IMG/VR virus record: IMGVR_UViG_3300024346_006890
DNA from: an uncultured virus (IMG/VR IMGVR_UViG_3300024346_006890)
Taxonomy: Duplodnaviria > Heunggongvirae > Uroviricota > Caudoviricetes
Strand: one strand, 5' to 3'
Length of the DNA: 20,000 bases
Position numbers and translations under genes: made by a program. Positions 16,157 to 20,000 of this stretch are shown here, piece after piece. Below the pieces are notes generated by a model. It was not told the DNA's origin. It searched no databases and saw only the letters and a list, made by a program, of their open reading frames with translations. Numbering within the stretch: the stretch's first letter is position 1; each line of letters begins with the position of its first letter.

Positions 16157-16215
16157 TATTTAAGAGATTTTGTTAAAAATAATAAGATAAGATATGATTT
16201 AAAGCCAGCTAAATA
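16157..16215. promoter_or_regulatory. Back-to-back TAAATA motifs (divergent candidate late promoters)
   Basis: TATTTA at 16157-16162 (TAAATA on the - strand, facing phoH) and TAAATA at 16210-16215 (facing the 16242 gene), in an AT-rich intergenic region. Confidence 0.5.
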
Positions 16216-16241
16216 AGTGTAGAACCTTCTAGGGATGAAAA

Positions 16242-16802
16242 ATGCTTGATATTTTAGAAGTAATTAAAAACATTGATACAATCTATAGTACTAACAGTAG
16301 CCTAAGCACGTTAAAAGATTTTGAGCGTGTGTTAGACGAGATGGATATGTACGTATATAAAAATTGGCAGGATGGTGAGCTTGCCGAAGGACCTATTGTT
16401 GATCGACATTGGGTTACTGCTAGCTTCATGTGGCCTGAAGATAAAATGCCAGACCCCATGGCTGGTAAAAGGCTACTAGATTACGGATGTAAGGTAAAAT
16501 ATCGCCGTAGTCATCTTATAGAGCCAAGAAAAGTTAAAACACCAGACGACCTTCGACCCGGAACAAAGAAGGGAAAGATTGATCGTAATCCTATATGGAT
16601 AGTAGAAATTTCAATGCCTAAGAAATTAGTCAGTGATATATTCGACGGCTACATGACGAAAATGCGAGAGAGTATGAATATCGGTAGGACTGAGGGGGCT
16701 GTGCCTGCGGCAGCTGAGCCGGCCGATAACGCACAAGCAGCAGCACCTGCACCGTCAGCAGCACCAGCAGAAGGAGCACCAAGTGTACCGCCAGCAGCTT
16801 AA
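16242..16802 (+). CDS. Hypothetical phage protein with Ala/Pro-rich C-terminal tail
   Basis: 186-aa ORF with a globular-looking N-terminal part and a low-complexity tail. Confidence 0.8.
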   Translation: MLDILEVIKNIDTIYSTNSSLSTLKDFERVLDEMDMYVYKNWQDGELAEGPIVDRHWVTASFMWPEDKMPDPMAGKRLLDYGCKVKYRRSHLIEPRKVKTPDDLRPGTKKGKIDRNPIWIVEISMPKKLVSDIFDGYMTKMRESMNIGRTEGAVPAAAEPADNAQAAAPAPSAAPAEGAPSVPPAA

Positions 16803-17523
16803 TGAAGAATTAAAAGAACGAGATTTACATAATCTTGTCGATAACGTATTCGAGATAGACGGATACGCTAGTAAAATGGGTAGCGACAAAGATATTGTTG
16901 TCTTAAGTTTTACTGTTGAATATCACGATCCTGCAAAAGACCTAGTTAATTTTATCGAAAGAGGATATGACTTCGTACTCGATGCAGATGCAACACCTGG
17001 CGAACTTTCTGACGGTCGGTATAAAGTGTTTGTTGAAATTGAGAGAAACAGACGAATTAGCGACCAAATTTTAGAAGTATTAGACGGCGTAGGAAAACTT
17101 ACAGGCATAGATAAATTTAAATTTAGATATCATAAAAGTTTTCATTCAGTACCAGCAAGCGACCAAACTCTTACAGAGCTAGTTCCTAGAACTAGCAATG
17201 AATATGATATAAAGATTAAAGAAAATCATATGAATAATTTTAGTAACTTTTTTAATAAAAGTTATTTAGAAGGTATTAGTATAGACAACGATGATTTAAA
17301 TTTTCAGAAAAAGTACAGTGAGCCGTTGCGTATGAGAATTACAGACTTTGGCTCTACAAAAAGTGTTTATGAAAATATTAAAGGTCCTATAATGATTGAA
17401 GGCAAAGACATAGCCGAGACATTGTATCTTACAAAATACTTAGGAAACTACAACATTACTAAAATAGGATCTACTTTTATATTTGAAAACGAAGGTTATG
17501 CTGTAGCATTGGAGAAACTATAA
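16783..17523 (+). CDS. Hypothetical phage protein (246 aa)
   Basis: GTG start with AAGGAG RBS (16771-16776). TAATG coupling to the next gene. Confidence 0.8.
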   Translation: MYRQQLNEELKERDLHNLVDNVFEIDGYASKMGSDKDIVVLSFTVEYHDPAKDLVNFIERGYDFVLDADATPGELSDGRYKVFVEIERNRRISDQILEVLDGVGKLTGIDKFKFRYHKSFHSVPASDQTLTELVPRTSNEYDIKIKENHMNNFSNFFNKSYLEGISIDNDDLNFQKKYSEPLRMRITDFGSTKSVYENIKGPIMIEGKDIAETLYLTKYLGNYNITKIGSTFIFENEGYAVALEKL

Positions 17524-18032
17524 TGTGGCAGTTCCAGTGGATGGTCGGGTTGATTCCAGATGAGATGCTAAGTCTCATCTATTGGATTATTATTGCAGCA
17601 GGCATTACCGGATTAATTGCTGGTTGGTTAGGCAAGTGGGTTCCATTTTATGGGAAATATGCAGGCGTATTAAAACCAATAGGTATTATACTACTAGCAT
17701 TAGGTGTTTGGTTACGTGGCGGGTACGACACAGAAATGGCATGGCGAGATAAAGTTAACAAATTAGAAGAACAAGTAAAAGTAGCGGAAGAAAAAGCAAA
17801 CAATAAAACTGTAGAAATACAAAAAGTAATTGTAGAAAAAACTAAAGTTATTAGAGAAAAGGGCAAAACACAAATTCAATATGTTGATCGAGTAGTTACT
17901 CAAGATAAAGAAGTAATAAAGTTTATTGAAAATTGTCCTATTCCTAGAGTTATTATAGAAGAACATAATAAAGCAACTATCCCCCCAGAGTCTGTTAAAG
18001 AATTAAACAAAGCAGCGGAGAGTAAAAAATGA
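17523..18032 (+). CDS. Membrane-anchored coiled-coil protein, Rz / i-spanin-like
   Basis: Two N-terminal hydrophobic segments, then a charged helical region (WRDKVNKLEEQVKVAEEKAN) with one Cys. Directly upstream of a lipoprotein gene with ATGA overlap. Confidence 0.6.
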   Translation: MWQFQWMVGLIPDEMLSLIYWIIIAAGITGLIAGWLGKWVPFYGKYAGVLKPIGIILLALGVWLRGGYDTEMAWRDKVNKLEEQVKVAEEKANNKTVEIQKVIVEKTKVIREKGKTQIQYVDRVVTQDKEVIKFIENCPIPRVIIEEHNKATIPPESVKELNKAAESKK

Positions 18033-18295
18033 AACTCTATCCTGTAGTACTTGTGTTATTATTAACAGGATGTATTGGTACAGCACCAGTTAAACAAAAA
18101 TGGCCAGAAGCACCTCAGACATTAACTGAAAAATGTGAAGATTTAAAAAAGATAGAAGGCGATAGTGTAGCTATTACCGAAATGTTAAAAGTTGTTATAC
18201 ACAATTATACATTGTACTATGAATGCTCTACAAAAGTAGAGGGATGGAAAGAATGGTATAATGAACAAAAGAAAATATACGAAAGTGTAAAATGA
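18029..18295 (+). CDS. Lipoprotein, Rz1 / o-spanin-like
   Basis: Lipobox LLTG-C, Pro-rich start (APVKQKWPEAP), and two more Cys (EKC, YYEC). Confidence 0.7.
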   Translation: MKLYPVVLVLLLTGCIGTAPVKQKWPEAPQTLTEKCEDLKKIEGDSVAITEMLKVVIHNYTLYYECSTKVEGWKEWYNEQKKIYESVK

Positions 18296-18516
18296 AGGCA
18301 ACAATCCTAATTGTGTTACTGCTAACTGGCTGTGCTAGTTTTAATCCCGATGTTGAAAAATCAACGTCAAGGGATAAAACAATGGAGCGCATGGCTAAAA
18401 CTGCATTAATAAACGAAATGTTAAATAGTTCTGATCCGGTAGTAAGACAAGAAGGTGCTAGGATTGCTAGAGAATTTATAAACAACACCGAAAAGAAAAA
18501 TCTTTTTGGCTTTTAA
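18292..18516 (+). CDS. Second small lipoprotein
   Basis: MKATILIVLLLTG-C lipobox and ATGA overlap with the previous gene. Confidence 0.75.
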   Translation: MKATILIVLLLTGCASFNPDVEKSTSRDKTMERMAKTALINEMLNSSDPVVRQEGARIAREFINNTEKKNLFGF

Positions 18517-18527
18517 AGGAGCGTATT

Positions 18528-18647
18528 ATGTTAGATATATTATTTTGGATTGCGGTAGGAGCATTTATAGGTTGGAATTTTCCGCAGCCTTTTTGGGCTA
18601 AAGCAATACAAGAAAAAATTCAAACTATGTTAGCCAAGAAACAATAA
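18528..18647 (+). CDS. Small single-pass membrane protein (39 aa, not in ORF track)
   Basis: Manual translation MLDILFWIAVGAFIGWNFPQPFWAKAIQEKIQTMLAKKQ with AAGGAG RBS. Confidence 0.75.
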   Translation: MLDILFWIAVGAFIGWNFPQPFWAKAIQEKIQTMLAKKQ

Positions 18648-18657
18648 GGAGTGAACA

Positions 18658-19221
18658 ATGGCATTGCACGATTCGATTTTAAAAATATTAAACAAAGAAC
18701 CTAAAGAGGCTGATGCGCCAAAGCCAGCGCCAGGTAGTCGCAGTGAACGTGAAGCAAAGATTAAAGACAAAGCAGGTATGGTTATTTCTGTATTTGCATT
18801 ATTTTTAGCAGTTAACAGTTGGTACGGTGGTAAGTTAAGTTCTACAGTTCTTAACAATACACTAGGTGCTAACAATGAATGGTCGCAATATCAAGCAAAG
18901 AACAACAGATTAGTAAGTTATGAAATTGCTAGTAAGACAACTAGCGATGCTAAACTAAAGGCTGAATTTAAAGCAGAAGCAGAACGCATGGATTCTGACA
19001 AAAAAGAAATTGCAGTTAAGGCACGTAAAATGGAAGCCGATAGAGATACTGCAAAGAAATCTAGTCCATGGATTGGTTATGCTTCAACTGCATATCAATT
19101 AGCAATCGTAGTCCTATCAGCAAGTATTCTAGCAGTTAGTATGCCAATGTTCTGGGGCAGTTTTGTAGTTGCAGGAGTTGGTTTAGTTTTAAGCAGCCAA
19201 GGCGTGTTACTTTGGTTTTAA
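18658..19221 (+). CDS. Membrane protein, DUF4337-like
   Basis: TM helix, then NNEWSQYQAK, a coiled coil, and two C-terminal TM helices (QLAIVVLSASIL). AAGGAG RBS. Confidence 0.65.
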   Translation: MALHDSILKILNKEPKEADAPKPAPGSRSEREAKIKDKAGMVISVFALFLAVNSWYGGKLSSTVLNNTLGANNEWSQYQAKNNRLVSYEIASKTTSDAKLKAEFKAEAERMDSDKKEIAVKARKMEADRDTAKKSSPWIGYASTAYQLAIVVLSASILAVSMPMFWGSFVVAGVGLVLSSQGVLLWF

Positions 19222-19240
19222 CATATATTAGGAGCGAATA

Positions 19241-19786
19241 ATGACAACAGCGGAAGAATACAAAAATATGAGTGCAGCAGAAAAGAAAAAAGAAGATTGG
19301 ATGAATAGTAAGTGGCGCCCTATGATGGGCTGGCTTTATATGGCAACTTGCACATTTGATTTTGTTATCTTTCCGATTCTGTGGAGTTTGCTACAGACTG
19401 TTACTAAAGGTCAGATTACACAATGGCAACCATTGACACTACAAGGCGCAGGATTATACCATATTGCAATGGGTGCAGTTCTAGGTCTTGCAGCGTTTGG
19501 TCGTACACAAGAAAAATTAGCAGGAGCAAACAATGGCGGAGTGCAACCAGTATCACAAAGCGTCACAACAACATTTAGCTCACCTTCGTCAGGATTTGGT
19601 ACCACATCTGGGGGCTTCGGTTCTCCAGCACCAGTCACTAACAGCTTCGGATCGCAGCCGTTGGCAAGTGGCTTTGGCGGAAGCGGCTTTGGAGGCGCAT
19701 CTGTCCCAACGCCGGGCATGCCGGGTGTTAGAAAACCACCAAGTACCGGCCCTGTAGATAGCGATTTTATGCCGCCAAGAGATTAA
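19241..19786 (+). CDS. Holin-like membrane protein (GTA-type 3TM holin family resemblance) with low-complexity tail
   Basis: WRPMMGWLY motif, hydrophobic segments, and GAVLGLAAFGRTQEK. AGGAG RBS. Lies in a cluster with spanin-like genes. Confidence 0.65.
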   Translation: MTTAEEYKNMSAAEKKKEDWMNSKWRPMMGWLYMATCTFDFVIFPILWSLLQTVTKGQITQWQPLTLQGAGLYHIAMGAVLGLAAFGRTQEKLAGANNGGVQPVSQSVTTTFSSPSSGFGTTSGGFGSPAPVTNSFGSQPLASGFGGSGFGGASVPTPGMPGVRKPPSTGPVDSDFMPPRD

Positions 19787-19815
19787 TTGACAATTATGTC
19801 TAAATGCTATATAAT
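19787..19815 (+). promoter_or_regulatory. Consensus sigma70 promoter upstream of dnaJ
   Basis: TTGACA (19787-19792), 17-nt spacer, TATAAT (19810-19815). ATG at 19821. Confidence 0.88.
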
Positions 19816-19820
19816 AGCGT

Positions 19821-20000
19821 ATGGACTACTATTCAATATTAGGTATAAGTAAAAACGCTAGCCAGGATGAAATTAAAAAAGCCTATAAAAAATTGGCTAT
19901 GAAGTTTCATCCTGACAGAGGCGGTGATACACAAAAATTTCAAGAAATTTCTCAAGCATATGATACACTCGGCGATCAACATCGCCGAGCTCAATATGAC
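19821..20000 (+). CDS. dnaJ: DnaJ-family co-chaperone, J-domain (3' truncated by window edge; not in ORF track)
   Basis: Manual translation [60 protein letters not shown], with the HPD motif. Confidence 0.93.
   Translation, partial: MDYYSILGISKNASQDEIKKAYKKLAMKFHPDRGGDTQKFQEISQAYDTLGDQHRRAQYD

Noticed and set aside
16695..16800. GCA/CCA-rich quasi-repeats at the end of the 16242 gene
   Set aside because: Explained by the Ala/Pro-rich low-complexity protein tail, not a separate DNA element.
187..19757. Short alternative-frame and antisense ORFs in the track (e.g. 187-381, 665-949, 2503-2802, 6953-7180, 14571-14867, 17648-17866, 18630-18875, 19411-19719)
   Set aside because: They lie wholly or almost wholly within well-supported genes, lack recognisable motifs, and read as shadows of the real frame.
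1..20000. CRISPR array, tRNA/rRNA genes, transposase or integrase
   Set aside because: No regularly spaced repeats, cloverleaf-like sequence or recombinase motifs were seen, and the intergenic gaps are very short.
1..20000. Alternative genetic code (stop-codon reassignment)
   Set aside because: Long genes are intact in the standard code, and TAA, TGA and TAG all occur at plausible gene ends.

Overview
AT-rich, gene-dense, almost entirely + strand segment that looks like part of a large tailed dsDNA phage genome (T4-like or jumbo-type gene content). Spanin-like lipoproteins and an FdxA-type ferredoxin suggest a Gram-negative host. The left half (1-9856) is a probable virion-structural block: two tandem paralogous subtilisin-like (S8) proteases with large inserted beta-domains, a 1180-aa Ig-repeat protein with nested domain insertions, and a Thr/Ser/Gly-rich protein. 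The middle (9853-16088) holds a stand-alone DnaE (Pol III alpha) fragment, a signal-peptide polysaccharide-lyase-like protein, GroES, a MazG-like pyrophosphatase, a cytidylyltransferase, small ORFs, an RFC-type clamp loader, a ferredoxin, dCMP deaminase and, on the - strand, PhoH. The right part (16242-20000) has two hypothetical genes, an envelope/lysis-like cluster (Rz-like protein, two lipoproteins, small membrane protein, DUF4337-like protein, holin-like protein with an FG-rich tail) and the start of a DnaJ gene. Two promoter classes are visible. Three near-perfect sigma70 promoters sit 5-7 nt before an ATG (apparently leaderless). TAAATA motifs precede several other genes (candidate late promoters). 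A long hairpin plus U-tract fills the phoH leader. Family assignments come from motif recognition by eye, not from database searches.
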